DNA of 64,000 bases from Bugula neritina (Eukaryota > Animalia > Bryozoa): assembly GCA_964035545.1 (NCBI GenBank), contig OZ037766.1, positions 20,386,767 through 20,450,766 on the forward strand. Reading direction: 5' to 3'. The notes beneath the pieces were generated by a model, which searched no databases, had not been told where the DNA came from, and saw only the letters and a program-made list of their open reading frames with translations. This document shows, piece after piece, positions 49,701 through 62,117 of the stretch. Position 1 is the first letter of the stretch, and the number at the start of each line of letters is the position of its first letter. A program made the translations under genes and the position numbers.

Positions 49701-52700
49701 TATCATAATATATTATAATGCTATATTACATCATACTACATTACATCATCATAATATATCATGGCTATATTATATTATCATACTATTGCTATGGTGTTGT
49801 AGAGCTGAAGTGGGAGACTTTGTGGTGGCCCCTTTCAATGGCAGCTGGTATAGAGGTCAAGTTACAACATGCAATGAACAAAGTGCTGTCATTGCTTATA
49901 TCGACTATGGTCAGTGCACAACATTAGTTTAAACTTATCAGTTAAATGTGTACATGTCTGTTCGTTTTAGCAATTCATTGGGTCTATTTTATCAAGTTTC
50001 TAGTTTGTTTAAGTCTAAAAAGTCTACTTATTTAGTGCAGTTACATCTTTTCTACAAAATTATATTACATTTCGGTTATATTTAATGTTCAGGACATCCC
50101 TTTTTATAGTTTTACTGAGTATAATAAAAAAAACATTGTTTTCGTTTGGCTCCTTCTAAAAAAATTAAGAAGAGTGACTTGTGAGATTAAATTGTCTGGC
50201 GGTTTTCTCCCCATGTGTCAGTTGACTCTATTTTGTTTTTTTTCAGGCATCAATAGTGGTACTTTTGTGTTCTGCCTCATGAAGATAATAATTTATTGCA
50301 TTTTCAGCATATGATGGAATATATAGGGTTTATATGTCTTTCCTAGCAAATTCAAATTGATCCTACTAGCTGAAACCATGATATTAACATCCAATTCATT
50401 TGCTGTGGAGCTCATTGTATATAATAGATATTTGAGTGGCTGTCCTTTTTCTGAGACAACTTTTTCTTGTTTTTTATATATGTTAGTATGTTGTATTTAT
50501 TAACAATATTTAAAACTATACCCTTTACAGTAGCACGACTTGATTTATCCTATTGTGCTATTTATTTATTAGGAAACATAAGTGCAGTGCCTCATTCTCA
50601 ACTGATTCCACTTCCTAAGCAATTCTCTGAGCTACCGGCCATTGCAGTAAAGTGCCAGCTCTGTGGTGTTAGAGATTCAGATGACAGGAGAAGCAAGCAG
50701 ATGGCAATTCATCAGATTCAGGTCATTTACTCTATGAAGCTGATGAGCATGAAATGTTTTAGTACTCTCATACTTTTAATAAATTTTTTGTGTCCGCTTG
50801 CCCACTCAACATTTTGCCACATGTTTTGTATTATTTATTGTTATATTGCACATTTAACTGAATTAGAGATTATATCACATTCATATTCTTTGCATGATGT
50901 GATTGTTGTTGAAAATCCTCAAAGCATGCAGTGAATTTATCTTGTAATTCCAGGCTCTGGCTGATTGTAATGTCAGGGCAGTAGTTCAGAGTGTTGAGAA
51001 AGAAAGCATAACTATTGATGTATACAATGAGCAAGGAGAAAATGTAGCTGAAAAGTTAGTCAGTCATGGTTATGTGTTGAGGGTGGCTGGTAAACATGCC
51101 CCTCCATTGCTAGGCTCTGCAAGTACTACTCCAAAAGCGTCGAGGTCCTCACGTTCAGTATTCAACTCTCCTGAAGATTTGCCCCCTCTACAGCCTGTGT
51201 CTGACCAGGAGTGCTTCAGTGACACGCCTAAGCTAGTCTCTGCAGTAAGATACTTTATGCCATGCACATTTACCTTGCTTAGAATTTAGGATTAGAGCAA
51301 CAAGTTAGCAGAATTTCAATGTGTTTTATGAAATAAGGAAATAAAATCAGAAAGTGTTGAATGCAAATTGAAAAATAAAAATATCAGCAATTCATATTGT
51401 TTGATTATTCACTTCGACAGTTTATTGCAAATATAAGTGTGTTGGCAGGAGAATCATGGTCAGCAAGCCTTTCCACCGGCATCATCTAGCCGTCAAAAAC
51501 CAGTACCTGCTCTCTCTAGGGTGGCTGGTAGGTGTCTCTATATACTCTCTTATACTTTCTCTAGCTAAGTCCTATTAAAACACACCATTACTCTTATTAT
51601 TACACTATTGCATCATGGTGTAACTGTAGTGGGATTTGGCTTTTCCTGTGTGTTAATCATAAAATGCAAAACATAACATTTAACATTGTGTTTCTAAATA
51701 AATGCTAGATGAATATTGAAATGTAAATATAATTTAAATATAAGAAATGGGGCCCGGAATTTATTGCTAGGAACACATCAGTGTTTTCATAGTATGTTCT
51801 TTTAAATGCTTTCCACTGCTTGACTTTGTAGTTTGTCAATATTTTGGTTTAATTCCAAACAAACTTTATAGTAGGTACCTAATTATTTGTGATTTTTATA
51901 TAATAAAGATATCATTTTCAGCTGACACTGTTTACCACGAAATGAATTTGCAAAGTGAGACCCTTTCTGTTGGTGAACAGGCATCAGTAGTGGTTGTAAA
52001 TTGTGATGACTTAGAGGAGATATATGTACAGCGAGCTGATCAAGTTGGTAGGTGGTGTTTGTGTTACCTCATCTAATGTCTATCTATCTCCATGTGTACG
52101 TTTATTCTTATTTCTGTAGCATATTGTGTACATTTAGTGTACAGTGTTTTACAATTTCTTCTGTTGATATAGGCTCATATACTTTTAGTGGTAAAAATTT
52201 TAGTATCAATTCAAAGGCCTTTGAATAAGCAAGCAGTATTTTTAAGCATTAGTTCTTTCATGGAAAAAATGTTAATCGTGTGATAGAAAAATGGTGGGCT
52301 AACTGGACCGATGACAGTTCTTCATCTGACCAACAATTGACGTAGTAGTATTCATTTTTAGAAAAGGCAATCTCTTGATAATTGGCAAATTCATTAAAGG
52401 GTGTAAAATTGAAAATTAAAAAGCTAATTCTTTTATTTTGAACGTTTTCAATATCTGTACAAATTGTTATTTATAATCTGTAACAACTGGAATATTTTAA
52501 TTTAATATGAAATAATAAGTTAATTATTTTAAAAGTGGACATTTATATATTAGTTAAAATTATGCAAGTGTCTAATGAATAAGCGCTTGAATTGTTTTTC
52601 AATGCTATAGCCAATTGCTGTGCTATAACTATATGTTATTGCAATTTATTAGTATCTTTGAAACTGTTTATTCTGAGACTTTTTATCAACTGGTGCTGGA

Positions 52701-54800
52701 TAAATATTTGAGTTACTGGATCAGTAAGACCAAAAAACATTTAGTTTGATTTCGATACTTTTTATGCAAACTTGGATTTTACAACATAACCTAAACTCAT
52801 GCAAGTTTTTTTTTGTTATTTCATATTCGGGCAACTTATATAGCGAGCTGGCACTACTGTGGTGTTAGGACTCATCACATCAACTGTATGGGATAATGCA
52901 TCTAATTTGAAGCATTTTAATTTTTTAAATTATACATGTATTAAGAGTGAACAGTTTGACTTGGCTCTAAGTAAAACAACTTAGAAATGAAATGTTCTAC
53001 CTATAGTTTTTAATTGACTGAATTAGTGGCAAATGATAAGTTTTAGTCCATCGAAAATAATGTTAGACAACCCCCACACGCCGTGTAGGTTCACATATTA
53101 TGCTTTATCCGAAAAAAGTTATATGGTACTTATTTGATAAATATTTGGTTGAGTAATCGTTAGTTGTTTTGATATTTTTACCCTCCTATCATGCTAAGGT
53201 GGACGGCGAATCTTCATTACTACTAGTTAAATGTTTCTAATTTGCCAATTTCCAACTGTATTCAGTCTCTGCTGGACATTCATTGTGGCAAACTCATGCT
53301 TCACTAGTGCCAAACTCCTATTACCCACCTCATGTATCTTGAATAAAAATACAATGTAAATTTGGTTTTTAATGTTTCTTTTAATTTTGCATTGAACAAA
53401 CCCATTCCTCCTTTGCTGACTCACTTTCTTCCATTTTAGCAATGAGGAGGTTGTTGTTGGCCATGGAGCAAGTCACACCAATGTTAGCTTCACCTCCACA
53501 CCTCGACAGTATTCATAAGGGAGAGTTACTTTTGACCATTGATCCTGACAGTGGAGAGGCTGACCGGGTAGTAGTTCTGGACACCACTGAGTACGATGGC
53601 ATGATCAGAGTTAGATCCATTGACTATGGTAGCAAATGCTCAGTTCGGAGAAACTCTGTGGCAAGATTGACTCCTGAAACTCTGAATATACCTAAAAGAG
53701 CCATTCAAATTAGATTAACAGGTACTTGAAGATGCTAGCTGAGACTTGTCAGACACTACCAAGTACTTGTCTAGCATTGGTTGCTGTTGAAAGGCCATTT
53801 ATTTTGATGTGAAATTAGATTATTTATATTGTTATTAGGCATCCAAAAGATACAATATTTTTAGATATGAAACTATGTCCCTGGTGTACAAATTTCAGCA
53901 CTAATAACGCTTGGGTTTGTGCTCAATAATAAAACCAGAGTGACCGACGTATTAGTCATGTGCAATCGGGCTTGTGTTACTAGTCATTTTCCACTGGTAT
54001 TTCACAAGACCAGTGGAAGGGAAAGGACAGTCTTGATATTTGCATTATGACTTCTCTTGTATCTGTAAAATGTTGAAATAATGAGTTTATACACGACCAA
54101 AAGAATATTTCAGGTGTGAATGGGAAGTTGCAAAGGGAAGGAGTTGAATTGTTGGCATCTCTGAATCAAAGAAAGATGTGGTTCAGAGTCACAGACATGG
54201 ATGGTGTCGTTGCCATTGGTGATCTCTTTAATGAGCATAAGGAACACTTTAACCAATCACTATCTGGCATGGTAGATAGAAATATCCTGATAAGTAAACC
54301 ACACAGCACTAGTAACAGAAAGCAAGCCGGTGGGCTAGATTCTCATGGTTAGTTGGTGCTACTGTAGCCATAGGTTGTATAGCTGTAATTATTCCCTGTA
54401 CATATTATACCTATTATGTCCTGCACCTGAAGGTGGCAGCACTTAGTGTGAAAATATCTTGTAAGCATTCCCCTTTGAATGTGAAGATGCATTTATCAGC
54501 CTGTTTGTGGCAGGAATAATGAGCATGGTTTGAACCTTGTAGTCTATTTGTGCAGGAAGTAGCAACATGGGAAGCGGGGAGTCATTGACTGGTATGCTTC
54601 AGTTACATGGTGCTGGAGATGGGACCCAGACCGGTGGGAAGGAGCTTCAGCTAGCCATGTTGGAGCAGCAAGTTCGGGAATTGCAGTTAGAGAAGGAAAT
54701 ATTAACCAGAGAGCGGGACAGGCTTAAAATGTTACCCCCTCATACAACTGGCAAAAGTAAAGCTGTACAACTGATGGAAGATGATGAATTTTCTCTTTAA
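40774..54800 (+). CDS. RRM-MYND-Tudor-coiled-coil protein, Vreteno/Veneno/TDRD1-like candidate piRNA-pathway factor; about 19 coding exons (start codon tentative)
   Basis: Phase-consistent exons. RRM: [24 protein letters not shown]...AYVNL...AAINNLNG (~40980-41378). MYND: [24 protein letters not shown] (42834-43002). SN-like module at 44582-46130. Canonical extended Tudor: [16 protein letters not shown]...AYIDYGN...[10 protein letters not shown] (~47181-51070). Degenerate Tudor: VRSIDYGS (~51922-54270). Terminal coiled coil ends at TAA 54800. Confidence 0.85.
44993..45660. repeat. ~22 x 30-bp minisatellite spanning a splice acceptor
   Basis: Unit AATATAGTATATACTGTGTGTAGGTGT(AG/GA/GG)G, bounded on both sides by AATGCAGTCT. 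The last copy contains the predicted TAG|GTTTGG acceptor at 45643/45644. Confidence 0.95.
46896..47168. repeat. CA-based minisatellite (CACACACACTCGTGCAAA)n, intronic
   Basis: About 10 CTCGTGCAAA cores separated by variable CA runs. Confidence 0.9.
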
Positions 54801-55101
54801 GTTGAATGCTTTGTCAAGCAATTGATGTGTACATAGTCCTGCTCAAAAGTTGTCCAAAACGTGCTGTATTTTATTTTTCCATTTTAAATTGCCACTATCT
54901 ACTTTGAATAGGCTGTAACTTTCAGTGACTTTCATATAAATATAGTTTGTGTTACAATATACTTGTGTGTTGTATTTGTTTATATTAAAATAATACACCC
55001 CCAAGCTTCAGTTCACAAGCAACAGTAATATAAATAACAAAAAAATAAATAACAAAAACTGCTAAAAATAATATATCCGTCAAATAGAAAGTCAAAACGT
55101 A

Positions 55102-58100
55102 TCACTGTTGACTTCGTCTAATCTCAATTTCTTGAATTTTCATAGAGTTGTCCTGGTTTGCAAGTGTCTGTGCTGCCTTTACCAAGGTTTTACATCTGCA
55201 ATATACAAATACTATTACATACAACAAGGTGAAACCTTGGCTTGTGTTAATTATACTGACTGGTAAAAATCTACTTTAAATTTGCATTTGCTTGCTCCAA
55301 AACATGTCAGAAGTCGAGGTTGTTCCTACGTATAAGTTGGACAAAACTCAAATGGGGAAGAACAATAGAAAATAAGTAAATGACCTGGGATTACAGTAGC
55401 AATACACAGCAAAGCATCAACTTTGATTTATTTATAAGTTGTGGCTCAAAGTAGATTTGATACAACCCATTATTTGCTAATATTACAGCTTATTAAATGG
55501 AATTTATTCTGATAGCACTGTCATACTTGGACTGACAAAGGAAAGTTAGCTAACAAAGAGAATACAGCTGCTAGCACACTTCCAGGGAAACTAGATGGCA
55601 GTTTTTAAGACATCCTACAACTTGTTCCTAATAAAAACACAATTGAATGCCTATGCACTGGAGTATTAATGATGGCAAAAGCCTACTTGTTCAACATCTT
55701 CTGTTCTTCAGTTGCGGACTTAGCTAATGTATCCACAGTCTGAGCATATTGGCTTGTGGTAGAGACGGTGCGCCTTGTCTGGGAGGCTAGAGCCGCTACA
55801 AGCTGCTCACTTTCATCTAGTGCATTCATCAGAGCATCTAATAATCAACATACAACATTCTAAAACAGCTGATGACAATCAACTCCTAAAAATGGTATGC
55901 TATCCCATGAAGCCTTGTATTCTCATGTGATGAGAGCCGTGTAATCAACAGTAGGAGTTTGTCAAGCTCAATACTCAACCCTTCTTCATTGAGTAAGTCT
56001 CAAAGTTATGTTCATTCATCAGAATTAATGGGTCATTTACTTAATTTAGTACACACTGGAAATCTCCAGTTTTTAGCTATTTTTCACAGTTTATGTGCTA
56101 ACGAACATGGGTTTTTGTACCAAAACTAGTAAAATATCAATAAATACACTTAAATAATTAGGGTTCTTCTCAATTTTGCTTGATTTCCGATGTTTTTTCC
56201 TAATTATTCAGCTACTTGTGATTGCGAGCCATTACGTTTTTTTGTAACGGTCCGAAATTTTAATTCAGAGTCAAAATATTATAGAACATTTTTCTAAATC
56301 TAGCACTAAATTTAATGTTGAAATACTCTCCTTAAAATTTGAGACACAAAGTTGAGTGTTGATAATATTAGAAATACCTTCCAATTCTTCTTGTTCTTGT
56401 TTAGTATCAGGAATATTGATGCCCTCTGTTTGCAGTTCGTGGCGTGTAGAGTCTAGTGCTAAAGCCATGCTCTCATAGTTCTGGTGTAGCTGAGGGAGCT
56501 CATGAACTAGTGGGCCAAGAGCCGACTTCTACAATACATTATGGTGCTGGACTTTTAACCACCATAAAGCTACAGCAGTGATAAACACAATATTTATATA
56601 TACAACTAGTAGGCTACTAGTTTGTCAGCATATTTCATTGCTGTGTGATAACTAATATCAAATTATCTAAGAATCGCATCTTCAAATATTGACAGTACAA
56701 TTATGACATTCATGCACACTGCAGTGAAATGATATCAGGTGCAATGAACTATGAAAGAAATTTTATTTATGCTCTACATGATGACAAAAATATACTAATT
56801 ATAATATTTTGGGTAATATTCTAACTAAAACCTGAAGTCGTCTCTGATAAAAAGAAATCAAATATTTTGTGAAAAGTTATAAACCACCTTTCAGTTACAA
56901 ATTTTCAGTATTTTCGTATTCGAAATGCATTAAAGGCTAATTAAGCAGTCAAAAACATGAACATTCACTTGAAAGCAGGAAGTTACTTAAAAACACCTTG
57001 AAATCACACAATCTTTAATGTTCAGTATTATAGCAATGCAGGTAGTTATGGGCAGAAGCCTTAGTTGTTGCTCGTATATCACAGTAGGAGAAACCCCCTA
57101 TGTCCACTTGATGAACATTTAATGCATTTTCCCAGATAATTCGGTAAACCCTGGGAATATTTTGGAAACGCAAATATTTAGAAATGGGTTTCAGTTATTG
57201 AGCAAGTAAGAGTCAAACCTGCAAGTCAAGATGTTCCTCTAAATCAACAATATGCTGCAAACGGTCATGCTCTTGTTCAAGAGAGGACAACTTTTGTCTC
57301 ATGTGGTGATTTGTCACCCATAGCTTTTGTAGCTGATTCTATAACAATATTCACACATAAACTAACATAGAAATACAAATCAAGCTGTATTTGAACAAAT
57401 AGAATCATATAATTTATATCTTCAAAACAATATAAATTTACTTCAACACTCTGATAAATGCTTGGTCTATACTAAGAAGTAAATATTAAAAATAAATTTG
57501 AAGAGCTGCAACAGTATTCCCAGCAGACAACAAGGCAGTGAATATAACTACGTGGTAATCAAATAACAATCATATTACCATGACATCCTTCTCTTCTGTT
57601 TCCAAAGATTTTTCAGCCTTGGATGCAAGAAAGAGCCACTGAATATACCGGGAGTAGTTGATATCCAGTATATCTTGTGTTACATTCTCAGGTGAAGTCT
57701 TCTGCAACGGAACCAACAACTGAGTTCAACAAGAAGGGAACAAAAGAAGAGGAAGCGGAAGCATTACTGACAGTTGGTAAGAAGACAAACAACCATGTGT
57801 CAGAAAAGATGATACACCTTCTTATGACTCGCTGCATTTGATAGCACTTTATGATAAACGACTACATTGTAATACCTTCTTAGTTGAGCTCTTTACTTTT
57901 GGTCTTGTTGATGTACTAGATTTGCCCTTTAGATCGGCACGAGGAGGTGCAAGGAATGACACTGGATAAAATATTAGGAAATAGCACGTGTTGAAACAGG
58001 ATTAGCTAACCTGACAGACTGATAGGGAAACTGACTAAGTTTCCATAAAAAGCATTGATCATAGTTTCAGGGCACCAATAGTTATGTTACTGAGAAATTC

Positions 58101-61100
58101 TTAGTAAACAACAAAGGAAAAATTTCTTCTGGTAGTTATACACATTATTAGAGAGATTTAACTTGGCTAAAGGTCTATGCTATGCACCAAAAAATAATTA
58201 TTGGAGTAAATTAGTGTTGAAGGAGCAACTTACCCGTCTCATTGATATCTCTACTCATAGTTGTCTTATCAACTTGCAATGCCGACACATCAAATGACTC
58301 ATCAGGCACAATATTTTCCTTCTCGGGAGTGCTTGCTCTCTGTGACTTCTACATGACAGAAATGTTTACACATACTTTAAATAAGTTACTAGTTGGTAAA
58401 ATCTAGAGGGACGATAACATCTAACAGGGCGTTTAAAGTGCCAGTGCATCTTCAACATTGAGTTGAATACTAAACGATAAAATAAAGTTGAAATAGACTC
58501 ACTCTGTTAGCAGTGAATAGCATGTAGCAGGACAGAAGACCTGATACAGCATAATAAACACTCTCCAAATATTGCAATATGAATATATTAAGTGAACTGA
58601 CCCATATATAGAGTCAACCAAATAATAACAAATCTTACCTTTCCTGTCTGTGATGGTTTTACTCTTTCATTCAGATATTGAGGTTTGTGAGATGTGACAA
58701 CTCTTCGAGATGATAATTGTCTAGTGGATTGTTGCAGGTGGCTCTGTGAAACCAAATAATGAAAAAAAATTGTTTGCGATGTAGCATTCTATTAACAGAC
58801 AGCTCTATGCTAAGAAATCAAGAAGATATTTGAAGATAAATTGTATAAGTATAGTATAAGTATAGTGTAATGTAAGTATAGTATGGTATAGTATAACACA
58901 GTATAGTATACAACATAATATAGTATAGCTGGGATAGTATAGTATAAGACACCTGATTGGTGGACTTGGCCCTATGAGCTGCAGTTGTTTCCATCAACCG
59001 AGATGGAACTTCTCGTCCAACTTTCTTCTTCCGAGTCACTTTTACAGTTTTTTGCGATTTCATTTTCTCAAGTTCTTGAGAAATATCTTGCAGCGAATGC
59101 GGCACTTCATCTCCCAACTCGGCTCCTACCAGAGCAATAATGCTAGTGTAACTTAGTTTTGGTTTTGAGCCAGGAAGATGTTAGTGATACTGAAGCAACA
59201 CTTTAAAGTTTAAGCTTTGATAACGAGCTTTAACTGAAATATTAAGTTTCTACCCAACAGCAGAACTCAAACAAACATGTAAAAACAGCATTTGTATGAA
59301 TAAGTGGTGTCACAGTACTTAAACCATCCACGCTTACAAAGTTGAATTGAGTTCGAGATATGGTGGATAAAAGTGAGTGAATATCTAAAAACATAACATA
59401 ACAAAACATAACAAGATATGCAACTTCCAAGATGAAGCAATAATTTCAAAGGCAACTCATTTTTCACAATAGTAATTTAGGTCACTCATTCAGACGTCTT
59501 GATTATGAGTGAGATGAGTACCTGCTTTCACTAATACACAGCTGATTAAATCTCATCATGTGATCATGTGACTAGGCAGTCTGGTAAGTTCAACAACTAG
59601 AACATACCAGACACATGAATTATGCAAAGACTATAGCTTAAATGACCAATTGAGATAAAAGCATTAATAGGAAAAGTTAAAGGGTGAAAAAATGGCTAAA
59701 GTCTATTGATGGAACAGCCCACGAAAGAAACGACTTGAAGATCACAAATGAAGAACCATCTACATTCTACTACTACTTGCACAGTTGCTATGTTACAGAC
59801 ATGTTGCAAGCTCCTTCAAATTACCTCGTAACAACCGAAATACAACTAATATAGTACCTACTACTTGAAAACAGCAACTAAAGGAAGCTTCGTTAAGAGA
59901 CAGTAAGTTTGGGTGGCAAACCTGTAGAAGGGTTTGAGGAACTTGCATCATGGCTAGTGTTGTCGATTCGGTCAAGTGAGTTCTGCTCCGCCTGTGGTGC
60001 TAGCTTCTTGGGCTTAGTCAGTGAGCCTAAGGCTACACTGTGTAGCTGTTTGACGTGAACACCAGCCGCTTGGTGGGTGTCCCCTGAACCCCTACCAACA
60101 AGAGGTGTGACAGAATAACATAGATACATACACATGCATATATAGTATATACCAGTGTTTTATATAGCTGAATCTAGTTAGGTGAAGATCATTCTGAACA
60201 CCATGGAACAGCTCTATTATAAATAATTAGCCAGTGATTGAGTAGGTGTAAAGTGACATCATGCTAATGCTTCATATATAACAGGCTACATTGTATGCAA
60301 ACATATAAGTTATGCACTGACTCTCTGAACTTCTTTGTGCCTCAGTGTAGAAGTGGATAGGCATACCTGAGCGAGAGTTTAGCAGCTCTGGGTGAGTGGC
60401 AGATGACTTTATGAGGAGAAACTTCTAGTCTCTCAGTGACAGAAACCTCAGCAACGTCATCAGATACGCGCTGACTCAGAGCATCAACAACTATGACACT
60501 TGCATCTTGCTGATGAGCCAAATATGTCTCCGCTTTTTTCTAAACCAATACCAAAAAAGTCTGTATTTGAAAAGGATAACTTCATCTCCATGTCGAAATG
60601 AGCAAAGCTTTATTTACTTTTGTTGAATCATTCACTAAATAAATCTGTGTGTGAAATATTGGTCAGCAGAATACAGGCTACTCACAGTTATATCAGGCTG
60701 GGTGTCGTCGGACAAATCTAAGTCGGAAGCTGGTTTCTGTTTAGAAGGAGAAAATCCATAAATTGATTTTCTGATTTTGCTATAAAACAAAATATTATAT
60801 TTTTATAATTTACAATTTTAATAAAGCTTAACATAATATATTACAAGTATGGTTCATTAGCAACAAAATCCTTAAGTAAAGTTTATTGCAGCCCATGTCA
60901 GATCTTAAGACATGTGGTTAAAACTCAGCACCCTTGGTGAGTTTGGGATTGCTTTTCAACCCAGCATAAGCTTAGTTGACTATAGAAATTTCAAAGCATG
61001 TAATATAAATTATGCATTAGTATGGTATTTAAAAATCAGGGATGTAGTAGATTTTTTGAAATAGAAAACTTTTTACTATAGCCTATACTAAAATATTTTA

Positions 61101-61800
61101 AGTTACATAACACTTGCCTTCTAGGAGTAGAAACCTCTTCATCTTTCACTTCTAAAAGAAAACATAATTTACAGTCAGAAGTAAAGGATTCCATGTTACT
61201 TTATCAATACCCTGTATGAAGAAACTATTTGTCTCAATCAAAAGACATCACAGATGGGAGACACTCACCCTGGGCTACAGGAAACACATCAGACTTGGTC
61301 TGGGGACTAAATAATGCGGATTGTGAGTTGGAACAGAGCACTAGGTTTCCTTGAGCTAATGTTTTCTTTGGAGATCTAAAAGAACAAAAACTAAGATTTA
61401 TATTATATATAATATATATTCAGAAAATTAGCTTTCAGTCTAATTGTAACTGTACACTTTTCATAGTTAAATATGCGCAAAAGACAATATTGAATTTGAT
61501 AAATAGTAAATTAATTATGGCCCCAAAGAACCATTACTAAGAATACTAACACTTCAGTCTGAGGCTCACTACAAGTTTTATCATAGTGAGACTAAATCAA
61601 AGTCACTTGGTACCAGTCAGACTGAGAACTAGCTTAAATGCTATCTAGTTACCATAGCTGGCATAAACTTTCAATCAAAATTATCAGGTCATGTCTAGTC
61701 AAGCGGTTGAAAGCCAGTTCAATGAATTTACTTGAACAATTTGACTGAGGCTGGGCTGAGAATATTCGAATCAACGTGACCATGAACACCAACATGACTA
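55102..61800 (-). CDS. HAUS8: HAUS augmin-like complex subunit 8 with a long low-complexity N-terminal region; 5' end unresolved
   Basis: Spliced peptides VPSRLMETTAAHRAK, LDINYSRYIQWLFLASKAEKSL, NYESMALALDSTRHELQTEGI (cf. the conserved ATALDTTRHELP) and a terminal helix ending at TGA 55102-55104. Upstream exons at ~59922-60091, 60368-60539, 60686-60779, 61118-61151 and 61269-61376 join in phase. Confidence 0.8.
58845..58948. repeat. Degenerate (TATAG)n tract, intronic
   Basis: Repeated AGTAT/TATAG pentamers next to a donor site. Confidence 0.7.
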
Positions 61801-62117
61801 TGGCTACAATCAGGTTCCGCTAGTTGGGCGATTTACTCGTATGTATTCCTATTCATCATAATTCATGTTGGTCAGCCTTGCACTTGCAGTAATAGTATAA
61901 GCAACAGTTAGACTTAAAGCTAAGTGAGTTACTGAGTTTATAATAATTGACAATTTAATGTGAATGTTGGCCATCTCATTATCATTAGAATAATCAGTCG
62001 TTAAGCACTTGCAATCACTACAATATAATTATTATTATAAATATTAATTAATTATCGTAAATTAATTTAGTTCAACATAAATAATTGACTATTATCATTA
62101 TGGTAATTATACTAAAT

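Noticed and set aside
53040-53230. Possible Helitron/Helentron-like end terminating in CTAG
   Set aside because: No clear subterminal hairpin, matching 5' end or second copy in the window.
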